A stretch of DNA of 64,000 bases from Phoronis australis. Its lineage: Eukaryota; Animalia; Phoronida. The notes under the pieces are model-generated. The model had not been told where the DNA came from. It was given only the letters and a program-made list of their open reading frames with translations, and searched no databases. Location of the stretch: positions 72,336 to 136,335 of the forward strand of contig NMRA01000300.1 of the NCBI GenBank assembly GCA_002633005.1, read 5' to 3'. A program made the translations under genes and the position numbers. Of this stretch, positions 1 through 13,355 are shown in pieces. Numbering within the stretch: the stretch's first letter is position 1; the number at the start of each line of letters is the position of its first letter.

Positions 1-1578
1 CAAAAGACGAAGGCATGGTGTCCCGACAGTTTTATCGGAATAAACGGTTAAAATCATGAATGCGTATACATACAAAGGTGGTTTCCGACACTTGTATAAA
101 ACTACGGACTAGTAGCAGTCCTGCGCCAACAATTGAAGAACAACCGGGGACGACTATGGCGGGCTAGGATAAGCATGTTTTACTGGGTTTAATTAACTCT
201 GGTAAACAAACAGTATAAACAGAACCACGAACTTGCAACATCAAATTATTGAATAAAATTGCGATACACTTAGAATATTCTGACAGTGAGTTAAACTTGA
301 GAAAATATGGAAAATAAATTTAGACGCGACTTCGCTAGTACGGCCGGGTGGCTGCATGCCAAGAGAATGCCATTTGGTGGCGAAATAACTTCAGGTAGAA
401 AACTTGCCATCGTGCCAAATGGTATAATATAAGTATTAGGGAGTTGAGTAAAAGGAATAATTCCCACTTAGTCAGAAACATTCGTTTACGCTGCTAACCG
501 GCGGAGCCGGACCGCCTGGGCCAGACAGTGCCGTGCGCGCGCGGACATTTGTGCTCCGCGAGGCAAGATAAAAACATTAATTAGCCACCCGGCCCTGAAT
601 GAGTGACATTCCTGTGACAAAGAGATTAAAAGATACTGCGTCATGCTCCTAACAATGCAATATTTTCCCATCGCCGACATTCAGTTCATCATTGACTAAA
701 ATTCACTACACCCTCCCCTACACGGTTCGCGGCGCGGAATTTTTATATTTAGACGACAGAGGTATATATTGTAAGTTTGTTTTTGTGAGGTTTGAAAACA
801 TATTGTCCCTGATAATTGAAAATCAAAGTCAATTTAGCAAGTGAATTTTCGAAGAGTCAAGCGACTGCCGGTTGGGGAATTACTACGGCCGGAGCTTCGC
901 CGGTTGCTCAACTGTGTCCTGGCAGCAAAATCAAGTACAAATGTGGAGCTCACTGTTCTGAGATAAAACTTGTTCTTGTTTGTCGAAACATCGCCGTATG
1001 CGAATGTCTTTTTATTTCTATTTTACATTTTTAACAGCCAGTAAAGCCGGTGTCGATTTGCTGCCAATAACGCATTGCACTCACACCTCGGCGTAGTGCA
1101 CTGTGACACGGCAATTGTTCACCTCAGACTGGTAGGGCCTACTGTGCATCAATTTCACGATATGGAGATAAAGATAAGACATTTCTTGATCGGACTCGAA
1201 AACCGGCCATTTAACTCACGCAATGTCAATTTCCACTTTGTTTATCGAAGTGAGTCTCTCTTTGGGTTTTAATGTCCGCCGCGTGAATTGGCCTATCGCC
1301 AGGATTTTGTCTGACGGCTGAACTGACCTTTTAGAACTCATCATTCTTGACACACCTTCGTTTCCAAGCCGCCATTTTACCCGCCAAACAATAGGTTGCC
1401 GGGTAAAACTTATTGTTTGTAAGTGAACATTACGCAAGGGGGCGAAGCTTGCGATATATGAGGTCTATGATGTCGGAGCTTTAGTTCTCTTGAGGACGAC
1501 AGCTGAACTTGCAACTTATGCGCTCGCCTACAACTCAACTCGCCCGCATGCGCGAGGCTTTACGCATGCCTGTAATAA

Positions 1579-3899
1579 GGGCAAATCACAATCGAGGTCC
1601 ATATTTGATGGCCACTTTCGGTGAAAAATGAAGGTTGCCATATAACTGTAAAAGTTGAATTATTTTAAACTACCATCATTCCACGTTTGTAATCTAAAAT
1701 ATTTTTGCACAAGAACCACCGAATATAATTTTATGGCCTAATGCATCACAGTTGTATGAAAAGGTACGTACACTACAACTTGTGGTCACAGACCACTCCT
1801 GCCATGTAAAAATTCATTAGGTAGCTGATAATTTAACATCTTCTTGATCAAATTGAAGAAGTATCACATACTTCAGAAAGATAAGTTATTACCGTGCTGA
1901 TCAAGTTGTTCTAGATGATGATACTTTGCATATCTTAACACAGTATAATGAGAACTTCTTCTCTTGCAATATGTTTCTTACAAAAAGAAAATGACAAGTA
2001 ACTGCTTTTTTCAAAAACTTTATTGGTGCTATTTGCCAAGTTTTCAATACATTCACCAGTTGATCAAAATAGTTAAAGCAATGCTAGACCCAGTGTTCAA
2101 CTTGTAAACAGTAAAAAATGGTACTGGTTGGGGGGTACGTACACTACGCACAGTCAATCAACGTCAAATTTTGGCCAAGTTACAAATGTATGGGGTGGTC
2201 TCCAGTTTTGTGCTGCCTCTACTTGTTGGTTTGTTGCAAGTTGTCTTGAGAGATAGAGAACCTGCCTCTGCAACATCAGTTGTCACATGACGTGTCTTTT
2301 AGGATGTTAAGTACCAGCCAAGTCCTATGTGGCATTTTATTGCCCACAAATTTGATATCTAGTGTTTTTTGTCAGTCTGGATTCATTTTGGAAATATCAG
2401 TATTGTTCATGAGAACAGCGGTATGTAAAAATACTTATGGGCAATGCTTTATAGCACAGAGGTTGAAGGTACGTACACAACACAGGGGTACGTACACTCC
2501 ATTTCAATGACTTGCCAGGTTTATAAAGAAATCTTAAACTCTACTGAGAGTTAGTTCAATTACCAAATCTATTCAAAGAGAACAAATAAAAAGTACAGCA
2601 TACATGTGCATATCTGTCTGCCATTCTTTGAAAATAGGCACATGTTAAAATGGTTACGTACACTACACAAATTTTAATGTTTCACTCAATACAAATGTAT
2701 TTGTAATTAACACCCTTTTAACCAAACACTTTAATGGAGTAAACTGTCTGTGACAAATGTTGCTTACTTACAGTGTAATATTTTTGTTTCGTGGTATTTT
2801 TCACATCGGGGTACGTACACTACACAGGGGTACGTACACTACATTTCAATGACATGTCAGGTTTGTAACTAAATACTAAGAATCTCCTGAGATTTAGATG
2901 ATTTACTAATTTAAAATCAATTCAAAGAGAAAAACTAAAAAGCACAACATTCATATGCATATCTGCCATACTTTGAAAATAGGCAAAAATTAATATATAC
3001 AGTAGGGGTACGCACACTAAAAATGCTATCATTTCACTCAAACAAATGTATTTGCAATAAACACCCTTTTTACCTAACATTTTTAAGGAAGGAAACTTGT
3101 CTATGATCAATGTTGCTCACTTACCAAGTGATATTTTATTTTCATGGCATTTGTAAACATGGGGGTACGTAGACCAGAAAAGGGGTACATACACTACATC
3201 ACCGTTTCTGCATCACGTGGTAACATAATGTTGTATGGCTATTTATTTTGCTTTGACGATAATAAGCACCGTGTTGTTATTTAATAGGCAACAATTTCAT
3301 TTGCAATGACCACTTGTGTTACTGAATTCCACATGAGGGTACGTACGCCACATTTTGTTAGCCTTTTTGGTCCATTTTCAATATAGCAGAACCCAGTCAA
3401 TATCCAAATGTTTGGTTTGTTTAGATATTGAAATGTTTGCTGTGTTGCTTAGGCTAACATATTCTGCAGTTCTTTTTGTTACAGAGTGTGAACTTTAGTT
3501 TTTAACCTTCTTTACAGTAGGTGAGGGTTAGAAAAACAGAATTTACAAATTTGGTAACGAGTTCCTGTTTTATGAGGAACCCTACAATTTCGCAAGTTAT
3601 TCCCAGTTATATCTAAGCAATTGCTTACTTAATAAAATAAATTTCTTTTCTACCGTTGACAGTTGAAAATTGTAATTTTAAAAATGGCCACCCCTAACGC
3701 TAAAATGCATGAAATTCATAGACAAAAACATGCATGAATTTCTCAAACATTGTCCGATTTTGACGATTTTTTTTAGTTTGCACAACAAAATAATTCCTTG
3801 CATATGAGTTTCAGTTGGTATTTGGTAAGTGGCCAAAAAATTAACATTAGACCGTAACACAGTCCACTCTCGAATATGGACTTTGGTTGTGATTTAGCC
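1579..3899. mobile_element. Non-autonomous TIR DNA transposon (~2.3 kb; Zator/Harbinger-like GG..CC termini, family uncertain)
   Basis: Imperfect ~30-bp TIRs: GGGCAAATCACAATCGAGGTCCATATTTGA at 1579 vs reverse complement of TCGAATATGGACTTTGGTTGTGATTTAGCC ending 3899. No transposase ORF; TSD not clean. Confidence 0.65.
2466..3200. repeat. Internal ~340-bp diverged tandem duplication (2 units plus start of a third)
   Basis: Blocks starting ~2468, ~2809 and ~3164 each open with a doubled GGTACGTACAC-like motif. The first two share CATTTCAATGAC, TTTGAAAATAGGCA and AACACCCTTTT. Confidence 0.8.
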
Positions 3900-4079
3900 G
3901 ATAAGAAAGTCACACAGCGGGACACACACTTCACCATCTCGCGAGGCAAAATCCAGAAGTTTCATTTGATTTGTACGTTTGACGTAAAGACATCTGGCGC
4001 TGGAATAACCGGAAAAGTCTTCAAATGTTAGAGAGGAACCAACTGAGATCAGTGACAATTAACAAAGCATCATCAGTAT

Positions 4080-4341
4080 TATGGTACACATGTAAATCAG
4101 TATGGTACACATGTAAATCAGTATGGAACACATGTAAATCAGTATGGTACACATGTAAATCAGTATGGTACACATGTAAATCAGTATGGTACACATGTAA
4201 AACAGCATGGTACACATGTAAATCAGTATGGTACACATGTAAATCAGTATGGTACACATGTAAATCAGTATGGTACACATCTAAATCAGTATGGTACACA
4301 TGTAAATCAGCATGGTACACATGTAAATCAGTATGGTACAC
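4080..4341. repeat. 21-bp minisatellite (TATGGTACACATGTAAATCAG x ~12.5)
   Basis: Directly visible near-perfect tandem units; explains ORFs 4021-4461, 4025-4531 and 4059-4280. Confidence 0.97.
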
Positions 4342-6504
4342 GTATTTCATAATGCTCATGTTTGCACTTTGGCAATCGGTACGTAGACCAAACCGTTCTT
4401 CACGTGCAAGAATTATCACATTAGCAAAAACAGTCGTCTTTATCGACATCCTAATGCTCAATTTAGTAATTATCTTTCTTTACGTTCACGTAGTTGAAAC
4501 TCTGATATTGTCAACGATAATTGTTGTCTAACGCTGTATCAGCGATTATCACTGCCCTTGAATTATGTCAGCTGTTGAGATCACAAAGTTGAACTTGAGG
4601 CTAACGGTACATTAGCAGGTTAACAATCGTAAAAACTGACCCCATAAAGCCAGCGCCCAGTCAACACTTTATCACTTTGACACACACACACACACACATT
4701 ACGCGTTCAAAGGTACATCTACTCATCATGGGGTAAGCGCTTAAGGAATATTCCGCTTGCTGTGCTGGCTGCACGAGACACTTGAAAGTCAGTATAATAT
4801 TGTTTTTCTGCTTGTGTCCACCACTGAATTCATTAGCAGTTGATACAAACGGATTGTGATACATGTCAGACTCATTAAGGTAGGCTTTGGAACTTATTTT
4901 TAATTTTTTCTCTGCACGCATGCAATTGCATGTGCACATTTATTTCCGTTGAACGGAACGGACCGGTCAACACGACACTCACAGCGCCACTGTACGGATT
5001 GTAGAGAAGCTTTCTCTCAATTTAGTACATGTATATAACACAACACATGCGTTTTGCCTGTTCTTGTCGAGGACTAAGTTTCCTCATTGACATCATGTCT
5101 TTATTGAGGTCGACTTCCAGGCTTACCGCTCCTTAAATGTTTCACTTAGTTAAAAACCTAACCAAGACCCAGCAACTGCTGTGCAAGAGAGTAACACAAA
5201 GTCCCACAAGTTCATACATGTACGCCCCAAAACGGTCAACTGCTATTTTCATCATTATTCTAGGACAAATGAATGGAAGACCACAGGTACTGTTGGGTTC
5301 TATTCAATAAGCATCGTGTTGTAACGCTGATGATGTCCGCTTACGATATTAAGCAACGGTTTGTTATTGCCTGTCGACGCACCTTCGAGGGGTTAATGAG
5401 TTGAGTCATTTACTGCCGAGCAGAATGCACGGGTTGTTCTAAAACCGCCATGTTGTCGCTTGAGGTGAGATAACGGCGTGTCTCAAACGGCGTGTCGTCA
5501 TGACTAACCGAGGCATGCAGGGGTGCAAGTCAAGTCCTTCGGTCTGCAACGAAATGAAATGGCGGGAAATCGAACATAACTGCATGCTTTGCTCTGCTGT
5601 AAACACTATATATTCGTGGGTGCTAAGCGACACTACAATCAATGTCACTCAATAACGGTATCGAGTTAGAGATGGCCTATTCTCTTGCACAGAAATGTAG
5701 CCGTTTTTTTAGGAAAACACGGTCATATTTTGTCCGTGGGCGTGGCATATCTACTACTTCTGTGCCATCGTTGAGAATACATTCCATGTGCCCATTTTGA
5801 ACGTTGACATACGATCAAAGGTCATTTTGCAACATTAAAATGAATCTTGGGTTCATTTTCACAGAGTCATTGCAGATTCTTGTTCCATCTTCTAGTGGCC
5901 AGCTTGCCCATTCATAAGCAGACACAGTTTTATCGTTTCATCGGCCCTATCCCCACGATTCCATGAAACGCAACCTTTTTATTTACGTTTCCAAAAAAAT
6001 CTCCACCAACATGACATCGATTTGTTTCATGTCAAAAGTTTTTCATCCACACCGAAACCTCAACATTTTCTTTGAGTTTTCAGCAAGTTCTCCGTCTATA
6101 CGAATATTCAAGAACGAGTACTTCCATGACGTCAGCATTTCCGAAAATGGTTGGCCAAAGAGAGACCCAAACAGAGACATACGAAGCTACTGGAGTCTAT
6201 TCACTACAGACTTGTAGTGAGACAGAACTCCTATGTCTATGTTTAGGCCTCTGGCGGGAGTGTTAAACTTTGCGATGAATTCAGCCTAGCATTTTCTACG
6301 TGCGTAAATGGGTCTCTCTAATCATACGTAGGCCTACCCCACTGGTAGTTTCCATGTCCTGTTGTGTTCATAGTGTTCTCGTATTTTGTGTGTCACTATG
6401 TGGTCCCCTGTGCCATTTTATTTTAGATCTATCCACAAGTATTCAGCAGTCTGTAGCACACCCTTGAGAAAGAGCGCATCGCTCGCTACGTGCGGATATT
6501 TTAA

Positions 6505-8159
6505 AGGAGAGTGCCACCCCAAAAACAGCCTACTTTGTATCAATTTAGATCGAGTAGTTCTACTAGATAATGACAGGTTCGGTTGCGTTACCTGACACCT
6601 GACGGCTGACGGAGGAGTTGAAATTATCCAATGACATAATTGGTTTCACACGCAGTCTGTTCAGCAGTTCACAACACAGGTTAGTGGTGTCAGCTTATCG
6701 CTTGAATTCATCGTTTAACACCAATAAATCATCAAACTTCGATGTAAAACCCTTAAAAACATTAACACACAGAGTTCTTATAGAAACGTGTTGTTTAATT
6801 TCGCTGTTACGGATTTACTGATATTTGGACACACCGTAGCCGACAAATTTCGGCAGGCCAGTTTACCAAGGTCCGTAGCAGGAGTTTGGGGCCTGTTCGG
6901 AATCGTAGTATTCTTCCGTGAAACACAGACAAGAGAACCTAGATCTGTGTTGTTTATACTTGTGTTTTTTGAGATCTAAACACACAGAATGCTTGTTATC
7001 CCGGCCAGTGGCTCGGAACCCGATCAGGCCCGTCGCGGCCGCCGGGACTGGCACGAACATAAACCAGCTTGAGTTGGAAACTAAACCCCCAGTCACGAAA
7101 AGACTATAATAGTAAGCCAAAAAAATAATGTGCACATAATTATTTATGCGAATTAGCCACGAAACTGAAAATCTACTCACTTGTCGGGGGCCGCGAATTT
7201 GGGTTCCCCTTCCACAGACCGTCAGGGCAAAGGTTGTACAGTAACAATGATTTGAATAATGTATTTGTATTTCTAAATAAATATTCCCCTAACATGTGAC
7301 CATAGCATATAAAATTGAGTAATTGTTACACGGCAGCTTTCTGTCAGCAAACTGAATTAGCATGCGCTCACACGGCCTCGGTGCCCGATCAATTACCTTT
7401 GTTGCCGGCATAAAAAGCCGGCAACGCACTGCGTTACCGGCTTTTTATTCATTGCTGGCTTCTCAAAACATTTGCACTCACGAGCACTCCAAGGCAAGTA
7501 TTTAATGAGACAGACTTTGATTATTTTAGGATGAGAATAATTCATTTTCAAACAGAACGCAGAAAAATAAACGTCGACATGGCTTCTCGCCCGGCGCCAA
7601 TCCCGACTCATTCAAGAGCTCACTGGCATCCGACGAAGACTTCACGGGTCGGATCGTTAGGTCAGTTTCAGGCTATCAATTCGAACAGGAATACACTGAT
7701 CAAGAAATACTAGAGAGGCACCGTGAACATGCACAGGCAACGGAACGTATGGAGAGTTCTTTGGAAAGCCGGAATTCGTCAGAGAAATCAATGTCGACGA
7801 AATACCGGGCACAGACACGGAGATGTTTCACGGCCTCGTACTAGCTATTAACACCTTACCTTTCATTTTTCACTACCGCGAGCCACTTCCTAAGCATTTA
7901 GGCTCTCGAGGAAGTCGAAAAAAACGATATATCTGCTTTCTTCGCAGCTTCATAGCTCGGACAAGCGGGAACGATGCACTGCAATATAGCGGCATTCACT
8001 CTGAAGACGAACCACTGACGTCGCTGCTTCGTTTCTCACCTTCCTCACAGGTTAACGCTACACCTCTTGGCAAGGTGAGGTCGACCGTATAAGAGGCGAT
8101 GTGGATATAGACCGATTAAGACGGTAAAAAAGACTAATGGAATCGGGTGGCATTCTCCT
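6505..8159 (+). mobile_element. Kolobok-type non-autonomous DNA transposon, copy 1
   Basis: TTAA TSDs at 6501-6504 and 8160-8163; 15-bp TIR AGGAGA(G/A)TGCCACCC; AG..CT (RR..YY) termini with TTAA fit Kolobok rather than piggyBac. Homologous copies at 15106 and 18113. Confidence 0.88.
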
Positions 8160-10048
8160 TTAATATATTTTAGTACCGACGCTCGTCATTTTAGTTTTAC
8201 TAGTTTTACTATTTTATATTTTTATTCGTCGGTAACTGAAGGCATCGCAACATCTATTTGAAGTTATGAATGAATAGATCAATTTGTTGCTGGGTGACAC
8301 CCTTCGCAAAGACATTCCCTTTTAAAATAATTTGGTGGTTCGCGTTGACAATATTGCACCAACCGGAATTATTAACATGTTTGTCCTCAAGTCACGTGCA
8401 AATGGTGTTCTGGGCTCACCCCTTATACACAGTGCAACTCGCCGTCTGTGTGGTCCCCATACATTTGTACTGGCATCTCCATCATTAAGCTACAACGATT
8501 TATCTGCGTTTTTCAATCACAAAAGATGTAGTTGTATGTGGGAAGTTTGATAATTTATTAGGATAAGTTGGAGAGGGTTTGCTGACAGGTTCATTTGTAG
8601 GGAACGCATTAGTCACACAAATCTTGCTTAACCGGAAATAATGTGTGTAATATTTTGATAACCTTTAGTCCATCCGGATATTAGATTCTACAAAATCATT
8701 CTCTTTCCGGCTTTTGTGTTTATATAAACGTTAACGTCACTAATTCTTGTTTCATTAAATCAAACGACATATCAAGTATACGCACAATCCGCCGTTTTGA
8801 GGCTATGGTTCCGTTCCAAGCGAGATAATCTTCTTAATAAAAGTCCGTTACAAACAAAGTTTGTGTGTTGTTATGCTTGTGGCTCTTTACTAAGCTATGT
8901 TGTCTTCAATGGCTTGACTATGTTGTTGGATTTTCGTAGTTTGATAAACTCTACACCGTCATTTTGGTTGTTATGGGTTCTTAACAGGCTGATAGTTATG
9001 ATCAGTAGTATATCATTCATTGCATCATTCGTGGAAAAACTGATCATCATTGCTCAGTGATAAGAAATTATACAAATTATAGCGACTGAAACAAAATATA
9101 TCAATCGTTAATATGAAATTTTGTCAGTCATTTATTTTATATCATACCACTCATATGAATTCATTTAAATATATTTTATGACAAATAATGATCAACCAAA
9201 AGTACATGTGTACCCGAGCCAGCAAATCCAATTTAATATCTGACTAGGAAACAAAAAACGCGCGTTTAATAAATAAACAATAAACAATAAACAATTATCA
9301 GTTCCTCTTCTCGAAAACGGAAATCAAATTAGGCCTTTCACTCGTTTTCTGTTACCAAGAAAAACATGCAAACGCGTCAAAAACGCTTCAGAAAATCGTC
9401 GATTTTATTTTCATAGTTGGTCAACCTTGAAATTTCAAATGGCACTCAAGGAATTCCATTCAAAAATAGGTCAAGCACGTGACACAACAGTTACCATTTT
9501 GTTGATCACATTCATGTTAGACTGATGATCTCAACTGAGATACCGATTCATGATGTTTGCTCACGTGACAAGGTTAAGTGTTTATTTTCGGAGGATGGTG
9601 CGGAGGTGAACGACGGAAAATCCCTTGACTCGCTCGTGTACCATATGGTGTTGCTTAGACATAGCGATGTATCATAACCCCAGACACTCTACGGTTAAGA
9701 ACTTGAAGTATGTCCAAAGTGACAGCTAAGCAGGGCGAACTGCATAAATATATTATTATTATTATTTATGGTTTTGAATTTTACTAGCATGCAGCTTCCT
9801 GTCCAAAGCTACAGTTACGCGTCTGGACGAGTTTTAACACATTAGAGATTGCATGTATATTTAAAGAGATTAGAGATTACATATATATTTAACGAAATTA
9901 GAGATTACATGTACATGAGTGCAAGCTTATCTTGGGACTGTGCTGGAGAGTTGCGAGCACAGATTGACCAGTTATTTTTGAAGAGGAATAGATTTCAGCT
10001 GAACATTTTAAAGTGTTCTTTAACTGCCTGCCAAATCTGGTTATATGT

Positions 10049-10365
10049 CATAGGCGGATTTAGGGGGGCGGGGGGGGGGCAGGGGGCCCGCCTCCCCCCC
10101 CTTGACTGCTGCAAGCAAAAATGGAACAGCAAGAGCGTGAAGCGCGAGGAAATATTAAGTAAGCAACTAGGACGCGGAGAAGGGGGCCCCCCAGATCGCT
10201 GCGGTCCCGTTTTTTTCTTAGTCCTCCGCTAGATTATCCGAACAGATGGTTCACATACCCGGCTCCCGCAACTTCGGGCCTGCTGCACATACAATCGTCG
10301 CACGTTGCCCGGTTCCCAGAGACAACATGTCGCCCCCCCTTTATGGTATCCTAGATCCGCCACTG
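10049..10365. mobile_element. G/C-tract MITE with 5-bp TSD (hAT5-like)
   Basis: CATAGGCGGATTTAGG ... CCTAGATCCGCCACTG termini; TATGT on both sides (10044-10048, 10366-10370). Confidence 0.75.
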
Positions 10366-10771
10366 TATGTATTGTCACAGGACTAAACGAGTCTGAACAA
10401 ACCGGCACTTCCGTGGCCATGAAAAATCTGACGTATAGTCATTCATAAACATGAACCTATCCTTTATTCAAATTGTGACCGTTTTTGAAAGTTCCAATTT
10501 TGACGCGATGTTTATTATTTTGTAATGCAACTTCCAGACCGTGGAAGGTATCCAGTTCGAAGTAGCATGTTGAGAATTTAGGAATACTCATGATGTTTGG
10601 AAATACGGAAAATACCGTCATCTTTGTTTAAAATTCAACAGCTTATCGTAAAAGCATGAAGTCTTTTATAATTTATAGAATCATCTTTTCAGAATCGAAG
10701 ACAGTCAAACTTAACACAGACCCGACTCGATGTGACGGCCACACTGTATACTGAAGCTAGGCAGTGTCATC

Positions 10772-10906
10772 ATGGCAGAGTATCGAAGACACTTTGGATC
10801 TACTCCGGATATGACATATATTGTGACGTCACCACTTCCCACTTCTAACGACACCAGCCAAAATGACACGTGTAGGCCTAATGATGCGGTGACATTGCAT
10901 AACGAG
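10772..10906 (+). CDS. CCAPR: CCAP/NPS-type neuropeptide GPCR, coding exon 1 (extracellular N-terminus)
   Basis: ATCATGG start; MAEYRRHFGSTPDMTYIVTSPLPTSNDTSQNDTCRPNDAVTLHNE with two N-D-T sequons; donor GAG|GTAAGA, phase 0 matches exon 2. Upstream acceptor TCTTTTCAG at 10692 suggests a 5'UTR exon. No conserved family motif in this exon. Confidence 0.7.
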
Positions 10907-11060
10907 GTAAGACCCTTTAAATTGCAACAGAAAATCTGATAAAATCCTGTAAAATATTCTCAATTTGAAAGTCTTGAGTTCACAATGATATGAGAAAACT
11001 GATGATCAGTTGCAGACGTTACCTCGACGCGCTGAACGCAAGGCGTATCTTCTTCATAGT

Positions 11061-11100
11061 TAGGCAATTACATCGCCCTGGATGCCGCAGGCATTCAGGG
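11061..11100. mobile_element. Isolated terminus of the TAGGCAA-ended element family
   Basis: TAGGCAATTACATCGCCCTGGATGCCGCAGGCATTCAGGG matches the reverse complement of 30179-30218 with about 3 mismatches. Confidence 0.7.
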
Positions 11101-11171
11101 TAGTGGGCATGGAAATGCTGACTCCCATTAAGACCTTTGCTGACTGAAGCCCTAGTTGTGTGTTTGAAACC

Positions 11172-11347
11172 ATGTCACATGATGTAGTGGAACTCCTTAT
11201 CCTAGACCTTGCAGTATGAAAAAATGTCACATTAGGCTATGTTATGGAACTCCCTATCCTAGACCTTGCAGTATGAAACAATGTCACATTAGGCTATGTT
11301 ATGGAACTCCCTATCCTAGACCTTGCAGTATGCAACAATGTCATATT
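11172..11347. repeat. 57-bp minisatellite, ~3 copies
   Basis: Repeated ...TGGAACTCCCTATCCTAGACCTTGCAGTATG...; explains ORF 11216-11404. Confidence 0.92.
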
Positions 11348-11544
11348 ATGTATGCTCGCACAAGCCATCACGTTTTACTCCTCAGTCAGCATAATTTTTG
11401 CTAGCCCACAGACGACAGGTACTCATTTCAAAGCGACTATTTGCTCCTTTGTCACTTGGTAACAAAAAAGCTCGTAACCAAACCTGTTGCGTAGTCCTAC
11501 CTATATAACTAGGTGGTCAATTTGGGCAAGCAGTTTGCTGAGCA

Positions 11545-11720
11545 GTGAAACAAACCTTTGTCGCATCCCAAAGTACCTCACCCTTCGGCGGTCTTCAGTT
11601 ACGTCATCGGTCTCCTCTCGCTTGGATTATAGCAACACCTTTCTTACTGGAATACCAGACACTACATTACCTGAATCACTAAAGTTTCAGAATATCAAGA
11701 TGTCCGCTAGGACTCATTTA
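11545..11720 (+). mobile_element. Degenerate L2/CR1-type LINE ORF2 fragment
   Basis: IPKYLT...SVSSRLDYSNTFLTGIPDTTL resembles the post-RT motif 'IRxYL...LVxSRLDYCNSLLxGLP' of CR1/L2-group LINEs. Confidence 0.7.
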
Positions 11721-11853
11721 TCTTTGGTTTTTAAAAATGACGTAATGGTGCAAACCTGCTCTCCCGCCATATGATTTGTGTCTAGTTCCAGGATGTTCTC
11801 ATGGATTGCTCCCGTTTTCAAGTATGGACCTTATTGACGCAGTCGCCATTTTA

Positions 11854-11989
11854 GTAGTTAGCCTCTTTTTAAGTTTAAAAAACAATGTATTTGAGACATG
11901 AATATAACGAGGCACGCGGAAAATCGCGCTTTACGGTGTATTTAAGCGCAAAATGCATTGTTTTTAAAACCTTAAAGGAGGCTCACTAC
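11854..11989. repeat. Inverted repeat, palindromic MITE remnant
   Basis: GTAGTTAGCCTCTTTTTAAGTTTAAAAAACAATGTATTT pairs with AAATGCATTGTTTTTAAAACCTTAAAGGAGGCTCACTAC (~40-bp arms). Confidence 0.75.
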
Positions 11990-12948
11990 GTGTATACGGT
12001 ATATTGACGTCTTCTTATGATACAACGTCATCTTATACTAACAAATTCTCAGTGTCACGGAAGAAACAAAATGAAACATCCGAATGATCTCGTCCAGCCG
12101 ACGGCATGATTGTAGTAAAAAGCTTTTGCCCAAGTGGGCGGCACGAACGCCTTGAAAATATGATAACCTGCTAATTATGGTGAATAGCTGGTAACTACGT
12201 TTATGTAACGGAGATAATGTAAGCGAGGCATAACCTGGGTCACGTAGGTCAACAGCCGGGGAAGTTGAGAGTCATTAGTCTCGCAGATTCTTGCGAAAAC
12301 ACAAACAAAAGAAAACACATTTACGTAAGAGGTTCGATGTAATTTTAATTAAAAATACTTTCTGGTGCTTTCTGGACGTGTAACAATTATTGTACATAAT
12401 ATTTTTCGTAATAAATGTTAAAATGAAAGAAAAACATCTGAACCACTGTTGAAGTGTTGTCTCACTGAGACAAGTTACTGTAATCCTGTTTTACTTTGCA
12501 CATTTCTTCAGGTGTCCATTATGTCAATTTGTACCAAAACACGCAAACTGCGCACTCATCACTTCAGTCGCACCGTCTACGCACATTTACATACACAAGG
12601 ATTAGTTTCAAATTGGTTCAGACTAACGGAGTTTGTAAATGTCTTTTTGGCGACAAGAACACAAAATTTTTGGCTCAAGTTGAAGACGCACGAGGACCCG
12701 TACTATCAACCTGGGAATGACCGATGTCCAGTAAACTTGCTTTTGCACCCTTTAATGGTGAAAAAGGAGGACATAGATTGTACTGCACATATGTGCGTCT
12801 ACATTTCATGCCATAAGTCCTGCTACGTCAGGTTACTGAAATGTGTATACACCAATGATAAGAATGCCGCGAATATTGTTGCATTCGCGACATGACTTTG
12901 GCCATAATTACCACCATCAAGCTGAACAAGAAGGACATCCTGAAAACA

Positions 12949-13355
12949 TTTTTTTTAATATATTTATTATCATTTACAAACAATTACAAAAACAAACGAA
13001 CAAATAAGTACGCCATTCATTCACGCATGATCTCCTCAGGAAGACCATTCTCATATCTCGTTTAAAGCAAATATCTTATACATGAAGTTAACATGAACAA
13101 TACATTTTTCCCATTTTGCAGAGAAGCTGTCATGTACAAAGTTTTTATGTGCAATTTTCAGCTTTATAGTATCCATAAGTTTTTGTAACGAACTTGAGAA
13201 AATTAGGTATATTTTTGTGACATCTCTCTTTGTAAATGTACTGTTTAGCTAGTAGAAGCAAAATGTTAAATAGAAAATCATGCGTCTTGTAAAGTCCAAG
13301 AATAACAATATCGGACAGACAGTTAGGAAGCTGAGAACGTGTTTGTTCTGACACG
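12949..13355 (-). mobile_element. 5'-truncated L1/Tx1-type LINE 3' end
   Basis: Minus-strand IVILGL...LFNILLLLAKQYIYKERC...KWEK resembles the L1/Tx1 ORF2 C-terminus; followed on the minus strand by AATAAA (12963-12968) and an A8 tail (12949-12956). Confidence 0.72.

Noticed and set aside
1-1470. Possible transposon end (minus-strand CATAGAC at 1463-1469) with small ORFs
   Set aside because: No partner terminus in the window and no recognisable protein motif.
6505-8159. piggyBac classification because of TTAA TSDs
   Set aside because: Termini are AG..CT (RR..YY), not the CC..GG of piggyBac.
11216-11404. Cys-rich repeat peptide gene (CHIRLCYGTPYPRPCSMKQ)
   Set aside because: By-product of a 57-bp minisatellite; no signal peptide or splice context.
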